DNA of 64,000 nucleotides from an uncultured Clostridia bacterium. Its GTDB lineage: Bacteria; Bacillota; Clostridia; TANB77; CAG-508. Location: contig CALXCF010000002.1 in the NCBI GenBank assembly GCA_944386755.1, positions 8,587-72,586 of the forward strand. Reading direction: 5' to 3'. Both the position numbers and the translations under genes were made by a program. Each line of letters begins with the position of its first letter. The first letter of the stretch is position 1. The notes beneath the pieces were generated by a model. That model was not told the DNA's origin, did no database searches, and saw only the letters and a list, made by a program, of their open reading frames with translations. Shown in pieces: positions 19,024 through 28,970 of the stretch.

Positions 19024-19905
19024 ATGGAGAAATCAAAAGTTTTCTTTACAAAGGAGATTACTTCAGAAAATCTAATTAAAATATATGAAGCATTAGGAGA
19101 AGAATTAAAAGGAAAAGTTGCAGTAAAATTATCAACAGGAGAAGCGGGAGGACATTATTTCTTAAATCCAAATTTAATAAAAGACCTAATTCATAAAGTA
19201 AATGGAACAATTGTAGAATGTAATACCGCATATAGCGGAAAAAGAAATACAACAAAAGACCATTGGGAAACAATAAAGGACCATGGATTTTTAGATATTG
19301 CAAAAGTAGATATTATGGACGAAGAAGGAGACATGCCAATACCAGTAGAAAACGGAGTACATCTAAAAGAAAATTATGTCGGAGAGCATCTTAAAAACTA
19401 TGATTCAATGTTAGTATTATCACATTTTAAAGGTCATGCAATGGGAGGCTTTGGAGGAGCTCTTAAAAATATATCAATAGGAATAGGCTCTTCAAATGGA
19501 AAAGCATGGATTCACACTGCAGGAAAAACAAAAAATCCAGCAGAATTATGGGATAATTTACCTGAACAAGATGATTTCTTAGAGTCAATGGCAGATGCTT
19601 GTAAAGGTGTAATAGATTACATGGGAAAAGAAAATATGGTATATATAAATGTCGCAAACAATTTATCTGTTGATTGTGACTGCGACTCAAATCCACATGC
19701 ACCAGAAATGGCAGATTTAGGAATATTTGCCTCATTAGACCCAGTAGCATTAGACCAAGCTTGTTATGATGCAGTTGTAAATGCGAAAGATGAAGGAAAG
19801 AAAGCCTTAATCGAAAGAATGGACTCAAGACATGGAATTCATACAGTAGAAGCAGCAAACAAGTTAGGGCTTGGAAATAGAGAGTATGAAATAGTAAATA
19901 TCTAA
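19024..19905 (+). CDS. DUF362 domain protein
   Basis: about 294 aa; DUF362-like sequence; ATG at 19024 has the better RBS aaggaagga (the track ORF starts at 19000). Confidence 0.55.
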   Translation: MEKSKVFFTKEITSENLIKIYEALGEELKGKVAVKLSTGEAGGHYFLNPNLIKDLIHKVNGTIVECNTAYSGKRNTTKDHWETIKDHGFLDIAKVDIMDEEGDMPIPVENGVHLKENYVGEHLKNYDSMLVLSHFKGHAMGGFGGALKNISIGIGSSNGKAWIHTAGKTKNPAELWDNLPEQDDFLESMADACKGVIDYMGKENMVYINVANNLSVDCDCDSNPHAPEMADLGIFASLDPVALDQACYDAVVNAKDEGKKALIERMDSRHGIHTVEAANKLGLGNREYEIVNI

Positions 19906-19918
19906 TAAGGAGGAAAAC

Positions 19919-20770
19919 ATGAAAGTTTTATACTTTGACTGCTCAAGTGGAATCAGCGGAAATATGACACTAGGAGCTTTACTAGAAATCGTTGGAGATG
20001 ACAACTATTTATTAGATGAAATTAAAAAATTAAATATTGATGGATATAAAATAGAAATATCAAAAAAAGTAAAAAATGGAATTACAGGAACTCATGTTGA
20101 TGTTATTTTAGAACACCAACATGAGGAACACCATCATGGACATGAGCATCATCACCATGAACACAGAAACTTAAATGATGTATATTCTGTTATTGACAAC
20201 AGTTCAATAGATGAAAAAAGTAAAGAACTATCAAAAAGAATTTTCTTAAGAGTAGCAAAAGCAGAGTCAAAAGTTCACAATAAACCATTAGAAGAAGTAC
20301 ATTTTCATGAAGTAGGAGCAATAGATTCAATTATTGATATAGTAGGTACAGCTATTCTTATAAACAAAATAAACCCAGACAAAATCATATCAAGTATAGT
20401 TAATGATGGGCATGGATTTATAGAATGTGCGCATGGTACAATGTCTGTTCCAGTACCAGCTACAAGTGAAATATTTGCAAATTCGAATGTTAAATTCAGG
20501 CAAATAGATATAGATACAGAATTAGTTACACCAACTGGAGCAGCAATTATAGCAGAACTTGCAGAAAAATTTACAACTTTACCTGCAATGACAACAGAAA
20601 AAATAGGTTGGGGAGCAGGTTCAAAAGACTTGAAAATACCAAATGTTCTAAAAGTATATTATGGAGATAAAGATGTTCAAGAACAAAATGAAAAAATTGC
20701 TGTTATAGAAACAAATATAGATGATTGTAGTGGAGAAATATTAGGATACACTCAAGAAGAAGGAAAATGA
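19919..20770 (+). CDS. larC: LarC-family (DUF111) nickel-insertion protein, N-terminal LarC1-like domain only, with a His-rich tract
   Basis: 283 aa; MKVLYFDCSSGISGNM... typical LarC N-terminus; HQHEEHHHGHEHHHHEH tract; full LarC is about 400-420 aa; no LarC2/CTP-binding part follows (next gene is an ABM monooxygenase). Confidence 0.6.
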   Translation: MKVLYFDCSSGISGNMTLGALLEIVGDDNYLLDEIKKLNIDGYKIEISKKVKNGITGTHVDVILEHQHEEHHHGHEHHHHEHRNLNDVYSVIDNSSIDEKSKELSKRIFLRVAKAESKVHNKPLEEVHFHEVGAIDSIIDIVGTAILINKINPDKIISSIVNDGHGFIECAHGTMSVPVPATSEIFANSNVKFRQIDIDTELVTPTGAAIIAELAEKFTTLPAMTTEKIGWGAGSKDLKIPNVLKVYYGDKDVQEQNEKIAVIETNIDDCSGEILGYTQEEGK

Positions 20771-20806
20771 TAAAAATAACATTGTATTGTAGGAGCGTGT
20801 TAATTT

Positions 20807-21100
20807 ATGAGTTTAACAATAAATATTTATTATACTGGAGAGAATGGAGCAGCCAAAAGGTTTGCAGAGGAGATGGTAGAAAAAGGAGTTGTAGATAGAG
20901 TTAGAGCTGAAGAAGGAAATAAGAAATATGAGTATTTCTTTCCAATGGATGATAAGGAGACAGTTTTATTAATAGATAGATGGGAAAGCCAGGAAGCATT
21001 AGATGCACATCACAAATCTCCAATGATGAAAGAAATAGCAGATTTGAGAGATAAATATCATCTTCACATGAAAGTAGAACAATTTGTAGAAAGAAAATAA
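20807..21100 (+). CDS. Antibiotic-biosynthesis-monooxygenase (ABM) family protein
   Basis: 97 aa ferredoxin-like ABM fold pattern (IYYTGENGAAKRFAEEMVEKG...WESQEALDAHHKSPMMKE). Confidence 0.6.
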   Translation: MSLTINIYYTGENGAAKRFAEEMVEKGVVDRVRAEEGNKKYEYFFPMDDKETVLLIDRWESQEALDAHHKSPMMKEIADLRDKYHLHMKVEQFVERK

Positions 21101-21367
21101 ACCAGATTTCAGACGAAGATGAGCTAATTTGATGGCTATCAATTAAGAACACATAGAATTGGATGTATTCATTTTTTATGTGTTCTTATATTTACTACAA
21201 ATTTAATATAATAATAAAAAGAAGGAAAAAATTTGGATTTATCCTACAATTTATAAAAAATACTACACAAACTAAAAAAAGTATGATAAAATATTTTAGA
21301 ATTAACAAATTAATAAATTTGCTAAAAATAATATAAATAAAAACAAAAATCAAAAGGAGGAATAAAA

Positions 21368-22087
21368 ATGTCAGGACACAGTAAATGGCATAACATACAA
21401 GCCAAAAAAGGAAAAGCAGACGCAGCAAGAGGAAAAATATTTACAAAACTAGGAAGAGAATTATTAATAGCAGTAAAAGAAGGTGGACCAGACCCAGCAG
21501 GAAACTCGAAATTAAAAAATGTAATAGCAAAATGTAAAGCAGCAAACATGCCAAATGACACAATAAATAACGCAATCAAAAAAGCATCAACAAGCAATGA
21601 AAACTATGAAGAAATAACATATGAAGGATATGGACCAAATGGAGTGGCAGTAATTGTAGAAGCTGCAACAGACAACAAAAACAGAACAGCAGCAGATGTA
21701 AGACATGCATTTGATAAATCAGGAGGAAACTTAGGAACAACAGGATGTGTATCATATATGTTTAATAAAAAAGGAGTAATAGTAATAGAAAAAGCCTCAA
21801 CTGATATGGATGAAGACGAATTAATGATGCTTGCATTAGATGCAGGAGCAGAAGATTTTGTTGCATCAGATGAAGTATATGAAATTACAACAGATCCAGC
21901 AGATTTTTCAGCAGTACGTGAAAAACTTGAAGAAGCAGGTCTTGAATTCTTAGAAGCAGAAGTACAAATGGTACCAACAACAACAGTTAGCCTTGATGAA
22001 AAAGGTGCAGAAAAAATGGAAAGATTAATAGAAAGACTAGAAGACTTAGATGATGTTTCTAATATATATCACAACTGGGAAGAATAA
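21368..22087 (+). CDS. yebC: YebC/PmpR-family DNA-binding transcriptional regulator
   Basis: [31 protein letters not shown] signature N-terminus; 239 aa. Confidence 0.9.
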   Translation: MSGHSKWHNIQAKKGKADAARGKIFTKLGRELLIAVKEGGPDPAGNSKLKNVIAKCKAANMPNDTINNAIKKASTSNENYEEITYEGYGPNGVAVIVEAATDNKNRTAADVRHAFDKSGGNLGTTGCVSYMFNKKGVIVIEKASTDMDEDELMMLALDAGAEDFVASDEVYEITTDPADFSAVREKLEEAGLEFLEAEVQMVPTTTVSLDEKGAEKMERLIERLEDLDDVSNIYHNWEE

Positions 22088-22107
22088 AATTAATGTTGGA
22101 GGTAACT

Positions 22108-23826
22108 ATGAAGCAAAAGAAAAATAAAGAGAACAAACAAAAAACAAGCAAAGGTTTAAAAGTCACAATAATAATTTTAATTATTATACTAGCATTAATA
22201 ATTACATTTGGTTGCTTATATTTCTTTACAGATTTATTTAAAAGCAACAAAGAACTATTTTTCAAATACACTGCACAAATAGTGCAGCAAGAAGATGGAT
22301 TCATAGGTGATGGACTAAAACAATATTTAGATAAAAAGCAAAATACTCCATATGAAGATAATGGAAATATAGATTTTGATATATCACTTCCAGATTTAGG
22401 ACAAAATGATAATGTACTTGATAACTTCAATATAAGTTTTTCTGGAAAAATGAATAAACCAAATGCAAAAAATGAACAAAATATTACCTTGAACTATTCA
22501 AATGATGTTAATTTTCCGTTTTATTATAGAAAATCAAATGATATGCAAGGAATACAATCAGAATATATAGGAAGCAAGTATATTTCAATTAGAGATGGAC
22601 AAGAACTTCAAGGAGCAGATGACATAGATTTAAGTTTTGTTGATACAGTTGCAAGTTTGCAAAATATACAAATTCCTTATGACCAAATTCAAAGTTTAAA
22701 AACAACATATTTTGATAATATAATAAATCAGATAGAAAATGGTAAGTTTTCTAAAATAAGTGAAGAAAATAAAGTTGGATACAGATTATCATTAACAGGT
22801 GATGAGTTAAAGAATGTATTGACACAAATTTTAGAAGCATTAAAAGATGATGAAAACACACTAGACCAGTTAAATGCATTATTAGGCTTACAACAAAGTT
22901 CTTCAAAGATAAGAACAACAGATATTGATAATCTAATTGAGGATTTAAATAATACAGAAATTGGTGAAATAGAAATTACTGTATACAAAAATAATGGTAA
23001 AGTAAGTGGACTAGAAATAAAACAAGAATCATTAGAACTTTATTTAGAAAGAACAGAAAGTGAAGGACAAGAAACATATAATGCAACAATTAATTTATTA
23101 AATAATACAGATAAAAATTTAAATCTAGGATTAGTAGCTAGATTTAATGGCATAAATTCAAATAATGTAAATGAAAGTTATGAAATATCAGTACAAGGAA
23201 AAAATCAAAATGAAGATTTAAATTATAAATATACAATAAATAATTCTGTACAATTTGCAGAAGCAGTTGATATTGAAGATTTTTCAGCACAAAATGCAGT
23301 AATACTTAATGACCAAGATGAAGAATATGTATCAGGCTTATTAAATGCAATTCAAGACAGATTAGTAGCTATAAACCAAAATCAAATGGAACAATTGGGA
23401 GCAACAGCAGAACAGAACCCATTGTACTTTGTACTACCAACACAGATATTATCAGATGTTTTAGGAATACATTCAAGGAATCAACTTTCAGAAGTCGAAG
23501 CAACAGAATTTAATGAAAAATTCTACTTATATGAGGGAACAAGTCAAAGAGGCGTTACTGTAAGAGGCTTATTATCAACTATAGCTTTAAATAATGGCTA
23601 TGAAGATAGTAATTCAGAAAGTAATGAATCTGAAGAAAGTGAAAATAATAGAAATAATAATCCTCAAATTACAGAAATTCATTTTGATGGTGAAGAGTAT
23701 GAGGCTTCAGAACAAAACATTACATTAATAAAAGATATGGTTGAAACAGAGACTTTATATAGGGTAGAGTTTGAACTAGATTCCAATACAGGCTTAATAT
23801 ACAGAGTTGTTATAAATAAACAATAA
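22108..23826 (+). CDS. hypothetical membrane-anchored/secreted protein (N-terminal TM, long polar repetitive ectodomain)
   Basis: 572 aa from the ATG at 22108 (RBS ggagg); N-terminal hydrophobic helix; no recognised catalytic motif. Confidence 0.5.
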   Translation: MKQKKNKENKQKTSKGLKVTIIILIIILALIITFGCLYFFTDLFKSNKELFFKYTAQIVQQEDGFIGDGLKQYLDKKQNTPYEDNGNIDFDISLPDLGQNDNVLDNFNISFSGKMNKPNAKNEQNITLNYSNDVNFPFYYRKSNDMQGIQSEYIGSKYISIRDGQELQGADDIDLSFVDTVASLQNIQIPYDQIQSLKTTYFDNIINQIENGKFSKISEENKVGYRLSLTGDELKNVLTQILEALKDDENTLDQLNALLGLQQSSSKIRTTDIDNLIEDLNNTEIGEIEITVYKNNGKVSGLEIKQESLELYLERTESEGQETYNATINLLNNTDKNLNLGLVARFNGINSNNVNESYEISVQGKNQNEDLNYKYTINNSVQFAEAVDIEDFSAQNAVILNDQDEEYVSGLLNAIQDRLVAINQNQMEQLGATAEQNPLYFVLPTQILSDVLGIHSRNQLSEVEATEFNEKFYLYEGTSQRGVTVRGLLSTIALNNGYEDSNSESNESEESENNRNNNPQITEIHFDGEEYEASEQNITLIKDMVETETLYRVEFELDSNTGLIYRVVINKQ

Positions 23827-23831
23827 TATCA

Positions 23832-24025
23832 TTAGGTCAGGAGATTGTGTATAAATTTTATTCATCACTCGGATAACATTACAGAATAAATAAATTCTAA
23901 AATTATAAAGCAGGCACCTCTCAAAGCAAGTTTGAGATTCTCCTACTTTACAATTAAAGAATTTATAGTATTCTTTAATTCTCATTCGTGATTTCATAAA
24001 AGTTATACACAATCTCCTGACCTGA
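23832..24025. repeat. ~190-bp element bounded by perfect 20-bp inverted repeats (GGTCAGGAGATTGTGTATAA ... TTATACACAATCTCCTGACC) with internal hairpins; MITE-like or structured RNA
   Basis: IR arms at 23835-23854 and 24003-24022; internal palindromes TCTCAAA-gcaag-TTTGAGA and TTAAAGAAT-ttatagt-ATTCTTTAA. Confidence 0.6.
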
Positions 24026-24140
24026 AAAATTATATTATTTAAAATTTGTAAAATCAGTTCTTAAAGTAAAAAAGGAGCATATAATAAAATAAATATGCTT
24101 CTTTTCGTTTGCCAAAAAATCACAAAAGGAAGGGGTAAAA

Positions 24141-25011
24141 GTGCAAGATATAGATGAAATAATAAGATATTTTCCCAATCAATTATATCAATTACTAAAA
24201 AATGTATCATTACAAAACCAAGCTATTCAACCACAATTACAAGAAATAAGAATTAGAGTTAATAGACCAATAATTTTAAAACTAAGACAAGCAGACATCT
24301 TAATAGATTATAAAATCTCACAAGCAGAAATAATGCAAACACTAGAAAAATTATGCGAAAATTCAATATATGCATACAAAAATCAAATTTGTAATGGATA
24401 TTTAACTATCAAAGGTGGACATAGAATTGGTTTAACAGGAACAGCAGTAGTAGAAGATGGGAAAATTATAAATTTAAAATATATTACAAGTTTTAATTTC
24501 AGAATAGCAAGGCAAATTTTAGGTTGTGGAAATAAATTTTTAGAGGAAATTATTAATAAAGAAGAAAACACCATATACAATACACTGATTGTTTCTCCAC
24601 CAGGCAAAGGAAAAACAACTGTATTAAGAGATGTGATAAGAAGAATTAGCAATGGAATAGAAGAAATGAATTTCAACGGAAAGACTTGTGGAGTAGTGGA
24701 CGAAAGAGGAGAGCTTGCAGCAATGTATAAAGGAGTGCCACAAAATGACATAGGAATAAGGACAGATGTAATTGAAAATATATCAAAATCAAAAGGAATA
24801 AAAATGTTAATTCGTTCAATGGCACCAGAAGTAATTGCCTGTGATGAAATTGGCTCTAAAGAAGATATTGATGCAATTCGGTGAGGCTATGACTTCAGGA
24901 GTAAAAGGCATTTTTACAATGCATGGAAAAGATACGAACGATATAAAACAAAATAAATACATAAATAGTTTATTAGAAAATAAACAAATCGAAAAAATTA
25001 TTTTTATATAA
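24141..25011 (+). pseudogene. spoIIIAA: Stage III sporulation protein AA (AAA+ ATPase), +1 frameshift near 24878-24884 (context ATTCGGTGAGG)
   Basis: Walker A SPPGKGKTT, Walker B ACDEIG; the ORF stops at ...EDIDAIR*, and the next frame continues EAMTSGVKGIFTMHGKDTNDIKQNKYINSLLENKQIEKIIFI* to 25011, matching the SpoIIIAA C-terminus. Confidence 0.7.
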
Positions 25012-25104
25012 TTTATTTTTTAGTTCTATTTAATTAAGTATATGCATAAAATATTGTAAAAGTTGAAATGGACAAGATGATAATTAGGAAAGGAAAAACT
25101 AGAC

Positions 25105-25617
25105 ATGGTGTTAATTATAAAATATTTTATGCTCTTTTTGCTATTAGTTGCATGTACTTTAATAGGCAGATTTCTATCAAAAAAATATGTATATAGATTA
25201 AATGAATTAGAAGAGATGAAAAATGCATTAAATATTTTTGAATCAAAAATAAAATTTACATATGAACCAATACCGGAAATATTTGGAGAAATATCAAAAA
25301 ATTCAAGTTCAAACATATCAAATATATTTAAAAAAGCAAAAGAAAAAATAAAAGAAAAAAATGCCAGTCAAGCATGGGAAGAAACAATAGATGAAAGTAA
25401 TTGTAATTTTTCTAAAGAAGATAAACAAGTTTTAAAAACATTATCAAAATTGCTAGGGCAAACAGATAGTGAAGGACAAATAAGTCAAATAGAAATAACA
25501 CAAAATTTTTTAAATACACAAATTAAAGACGCTGAAGAAGAAAAAAGAAAAAATGAAAAATTATATTCAAAATTAGGGACAACCATAGGGTTAGCAATTG
25601 TGATAATTTTAGCCTAA
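25105..25617 (+). CDS. spoIIIAB: Stage III sporulation protein AB
   Basis: 170 aa, N- and C-terminal TM; operon position. Confidence 0.75.
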   Translation: MVLIIKYFMLFLLLVACTLIGRFLSKKYVYRLNELEEMKNALNIFESKIKFTYEPIPEIFGEISKNSSSNISNIFKKAKEKIKEKNASQAWEETIDESNCNFSKEDKQVLKTLSKLLGQTDSEGQISQIEITQNFLNTQIKDAEEEKRKNEKLYSKLGTTIGLAIVIILA

Positions 25618-25647
25618 TATACTAAAAATAAAGATAAATAAAAAGGA

Positions 25648-25851
25648 ATGTTAAAGATGGATATTAATTTATTATTTAAAATAGCTGCAATAGGAATACT
25701 TGTAGCAGTTTTACATCAAGTATTAGTAAGAGCAGGAAGAGAGGACCAAGCTATGATGACAACACTTGCAGGTTTAGTAATTGTATTAACAATGGTTATA
25801 AAAGAAATAAGTGGATTATTTGACACAGTAAGAACAATTTTCAACCTTTAG
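25648..25851 (+). CDS. spoIIIAC: Stage III sporulation protein AC
   Basis: 67 aa, two TM helices; operon position. Confidence 0.75.
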   Translation: MLKMDINLLFKIAAIGILVAVLHQVLVRAGREDQAMMTTLAGLVIVLTMVIKEISGLFDTVRTIFNL

Positions 25852-25900
25852 GGACATGTCAAATTGAACAATTTTTGCGTATTAGGGACAGACCTTGAAA
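25852..25900. repeat. GGGAC-family intergenic repeat copy (TAGGGACATGTCAAATTGAACAATTTTTGCGTATTAGGGACAGACCTTGAA)
   Basis: shares GGGACATG(T/C)CAAA..CAA(T/A)TTTTGCG with 63324-63372 and GGGACAGACCTT(G/C)AA with 57288-57342 and 34354-34380. Confidence 0.6.
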
Positions 25901-25936
25901 TATAGAAAAATTCATTGCTTTTTTAGGGAGAATGAA

Positions 25937-26323
25937 ATGATTATTAAAATAATAGGAATTGGTTTAGTTGCGCTTATCATAATAATTTTATTAAAACAAT
26001 ATAAACCTGAATTTGCAATATATATAAGTTTACTAGTAGGAGTTTTAATATTGTTATTAGTAATGGACCAACTAACGCAAGTTATATCACTATTACAATC
26101 TTTAGCATCAAAAGCATCAATAAATAGTACATTTTTAGCAATATTATTAAAAATTACAGGAATAGCATTTTTAGCAGAATTTGCAGTTAGTGTATGCAAA
26201 GACGCAGGAGAAGGTGCAATAGCAAGTAAAATCGAAATAGGAAGTAAAATCATAATAATTGCAATGTCAATACCAATAATATCAAGCCTGCTAGAAATAA
26301 TATTAAAAATACTACCTACATAA
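25937..26323 (+). CDS. spoIIIAD: Stage III sporulation protein AD
   Basis: 128 aa from the ATG at 25937 (RBS agggag); 4 TM; operon position. Confidence 0.75.
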   Translation: MIIKIIGIGLVALIIIILLKQYKPEFAIYISLLVGVLILLLVMDQLTQVISLLQSLASKASINSTFLAILLKITGIAFLAEFAVSVCKDAGEGAIASKIEIGSKIIIIAMSIPIISSLLEIILKILPT

Positions 26324-26445
26324 GTGTCCATTTGGGGACGTTTCCATTTGGACAAAAATGTCCAAACGGGGACAGATGTGTCTAAGATGTGTCCCAAAAC
26401 GGACAAAAATGTCCAAAAAGAAACGTCCCCAAATGGACAAAAGGA
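26324..26445. repeat. ~120-bp nested palindromic GC-rich repeat between spoIIIAD and spoIIIAE (GTCCATTTGGGGAC ... GGACAAAAATGTCC x2 ... GTCCCCAAATGGAC)
   Basis: 14-bp arms 26326-26339 and 26425-26438 are exact reverse complements; GGACAAAAATGTCC occurs at 26350-26363 and 26401-26414; local GC far above the surrounding ~27 %. Confidence 0.7.
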
Positions 26446-26452
26446 GTTACAA

Positions 26453-27640
26453 ATGAAAAGATTTATAATAAAATTAATTTTTTTAACATTAATATGTATT
26501 GTAATTCCTGAAACTCTAGTAATTGCAACCGAAACATCAAACACAAGCAATACAAATAGTACGCAGGAGGCAATACAAGAACAGCAAGAAGAATTTGGAA
26601 TACAAGACTTTATAAATAACTCGAAAGAATATGCATCAGGAGAATTTTTTGAAAATATTGATATAGGTGAAATATTAGACCAAGCAATACAAGGAAATGT
26701 TGATAATAACAGTATATTAAAAGCCATACTCAATTTATTAGGAATAGAAATATTTGATAGTATAAAAGCAATAGTTAGCATATTAGTCATTATAGTAATA
26801 CATAGCTTATTGAAGTCAATAAGTGAAAGCCTTGAAAATGACGGTATTGCAAAACTTATATATTATGTCCAATATATATTGATTGTGACAATTGTAATGT
26901 CGAATTTTTCAGAAATAATAACAATGGTAAAACAAACAACAACAGATTTAGTAGCTTTTATGAATATGCTAGTTCCACTTTTGATTACTCTCATGATGTA
27001 TACAGGGAGTATTGCAACAAGTGGAATAATAGAACCAATCATATTATTTATGATTAATTTTATAGGAAATATCATACAAACAATAATATTACCACTTGTA
27101 CTAATATTTACAAGTTTAGTTATTTTATCAAAACTAACTGACAAAATACAAATAAGCAAATTATCAAAATTCTTAAAATCAGGAATAGTGTGGTTCTTAG
27201 GAATTATTTTAACAATATTTGTTGGAGTAGTTTCCTTAGAAGGAACAATGTCAAGCAGTGTAGATGGAATTACAGCCAAAACTACAAAAGCAATAGTGAG
27301 TTCAGCAGTACCTGTTGTTGGAAAAATATTAGGTGATGCAGTAGATACGGTTTTGGGAGGAGGAATAATTCTAAAAAATGCAATTGGTTTTGTGGGAGTA
27401 ATTATTGTACTTGGTATGTGTATAGCACCTATTTTTAAATTGGCAATACTTTGTATAACATATAAGTTCCTGGCGACAATTACAGAACCTATTGCAGATT
27501 CGAAGATAACAGGACTATTAGAACAAATTGGAGATATTTTTAAAATACTTTTGGCTATTTTATGTTCGATTTCTTTCATGTTGATTATTGGGACGGCTTT
27601 AGTTTTGAAGATTTCTAATAGTGGCATGATGTATAGATAA
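26453..27640 (+). CDS. spoIIIAE: Stage III sporulation protein AE
   Basis: signal/TM N-terminus, polar region, about 7 TM; ATG at 26453 with RBS aaggag (the track ORF extends upstream through the repeat from a GTG). Confidence 0.8.
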   Translation: MKRFIIKLIFLTLICIVIPETLVIATETSNTSNTNSTQEAIQEQQEEFGIQDFINNSKEYASGEFFENIDIGEILDQAIQGNVDNNSILKAILNLLGIEIFDSIKAIVSILVIIVIHSLLKSISESLENDGIAKLIYYVQYILIVTIVMSNFSEIITMVKQTTTDLVAFMNMLVPLLITLMMYTGSIATSGIIEPIILFMINFIGNIIQTIILPLVLIFTSLVILSKLTDKIQISKLSKFLKSGIVWFLGIILTIFVGVVSLEGTMSSSVDGITAKTTKAIVSSAVPVVGKILGDAVDTVLGGGIILKNAIGFVGVIIVLGMCIAPIFKLAILCITYKFLATITEPIADSKITGLLEQIGDIFKILLAILCSISFMLIIGTALVLKISNSGMMYR

Positions 27641-27653
27641 GAAAGGTTAAAAA

Positions 27654-28340
27654 ATGATAGAATTTATTAGTTCTTGGGCAAAAAGTTTGGGACTAGCAAT
27701 AGTTATAGTTTCTATTCTAGAAATGTTGCTACCTAATAATAAAAATAAAAAATATATAAGGATGGTAATGGGAATTTATATATTATTTAATATAGTATCA
27801 CCATTTATAAATAATAAAGATATATTTAATATAGAAGATATAGATTTAGAAAAATATGCAATGGAGCATGAAACGTCATCACAATTACAGTCAGAAGAAG
27901 TTGACCAAACTTCAATGAATAAAAGAATCGAAGAGTTATATATTGAAGAATTAGAAAAAGATATAACTCAAAAATTAGAAGAACAAGGATGCAAAGTAGA
28001 AAGTTGCAAAGTAAAAGCAACTATCTCAGATGAAGAAAATGAATCAGGAATAGAAGAAATTAAAATTAAAGTTAAGAAATCAGAAAATAATGAAGAAGAA
28101 TCCTCGAATAATGAAAATTCAGAAGGAAACCTAGAAAACAAAATAGTTACTGAAATACAAAAAATTAAAAAAATAGATACAAGTATTAATAATGAAACTT
28201 CAAATAATGGTGCTACAAGCGATACCAACAATGAAGAGAATGAAAATAGTAGCAATGTATCAAAAACAGACATTCAAAATATAAAAAAATTCTTAATTGA
28301 AGAATATGAGGTGAATGAGAAATGTTTAAAGATAAATTAA
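27654..28340 (+). CDS. spoIIIAF: Stage III sporulation protein AF
   Basis: 228 aa; two N-terminal TM, acidic low-complexity C-terminal region; operon position. Confidence 0.7.
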   Translation: MIEFISSWAKSLGLAIVIVSILEMLLPNNKNKKYIRMVMGIYILFNIVSPFINNKDIFNIEDIDLEKYAMEHETSSQLQSEEVDQTSMNKRIEELYIEELEKDITQKLEEQGCKVESCKVKATISDEENESGIEEIKIKVKKSENNEEESSNNENSEGNLENKIVTEIQKIKKIDTSINNETSNNGATSDTNNEENENSSNVSKTDIQNIKKFLIEEYEVNEKCLKIN

Positions 28341-28954
28341 ATAAGTTTCTAGGTAAAGATGAAAATACAGGAGAAAACAATAATAAGAAAAAAATAGAAA
28401 ATCTAGTTTTCTTAATTGTTTTGGTAATTATTACAGTTGTAATCATAAATATAATATGGAATGGAGATAAAACAACTAATAAAGAACAATCGAATAATGA
28501 TACATCTAAGCAATTAGCTACAACAAATAATCAAACAATAAATCAAAATCAAACTCAAGGAACAAATGAGACAGATTTAGAAACAAGACTAGAAGAAATT
28601 TTATCACAAATACAAGGAGTAGGAGAAGTTAAAGTTCTCTTAAATTATTCTGAGTCAAGTGAAGTAGTAGCAATGTATAATGAAACTTCAAGAACTAGTA
28701 ACACAGAAGAAACGGATACAGAGGGTGGAACAAGAACAATTCAAGAAACAGATACACAAAAAGACATAATATATCAAGAAGAAGATGGACAAAAAACACC
28801 AATAACACAAAAAATAGTGCAACCAAAAATAGAAGGAGCGATAATAACTGCAAAAGGAGCAAATCAGGCAAATGTAAAGACTAATATTATTCAAGCAGTA
28901 GAGGCAGTAACAGGTTTGGCAACACATAAGATTCAAGTTTTTGAGATGAATTAG
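28322..28954 (+). CDS. spoIIIAG: Stage III sporulation protein AG
   Basis: 210 aa; N-terminal TM; C-terminal region ending ...GVGEVKVLLNYSESSEV...PKIEGAIITAKGAN...GLATHKIQVFEM typical of SpoIIIAG. Confidence 0.75.
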   Translation: MFKDKLNKFLGKDENTGENNNKKKIENLVFLIVLVIITVVIINIIWNGDKTTNKEQSNNDTSKQLATTNNQTINQNQTQGTNETDLETRLEEILSQIQGVGEVKVLLNYSESSEVVAMYNETSRTSNTEETDTEGGTRTIQETDTQKDIIYQEEDGQKTPITQKIVQPKIEGAIITAKGANQANVKTNIIQAVEAVTGLATHKIQVFEMN

Positions 28955-28970
28955 TGGTTGAAAAATAATT

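Noticed and set aside
23794-24012. 72-aa minus-strand ORF inside the inverted-repeat element
   Set aside because: Lies entirely within the 190-bp palindromic element. It has no RBS and is more likely non-coding.
26324-26452. N-terminal extension of spoIIIAE from the GTG at 26324 (track ORF 26324-27640)
   Set aside because: The extension translates the GC-rich palindromic repeat (MSIWGRFHLDKNVQTGTDVSKMCPKT...). The ATG at 26453 has a proper AAGGAG RBS and a signal-peptide-like start.
25912-26790. 292-aa minus-strand ORF antisense to spoIIIAD/spoIIIAE
   Set aside because: Low-complexity Ile/Leu/Ser-rich translation of an AT-rich antisense strand. It overlaps well-supported spoIIIA genes and has no RBS or domain.
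26863-27627. 254-aa minus-strand ORF antisense to spoIIIAE
   Set aside because: Same reasoning: an antisense artefact of an AT-rich membrane-protein gene.
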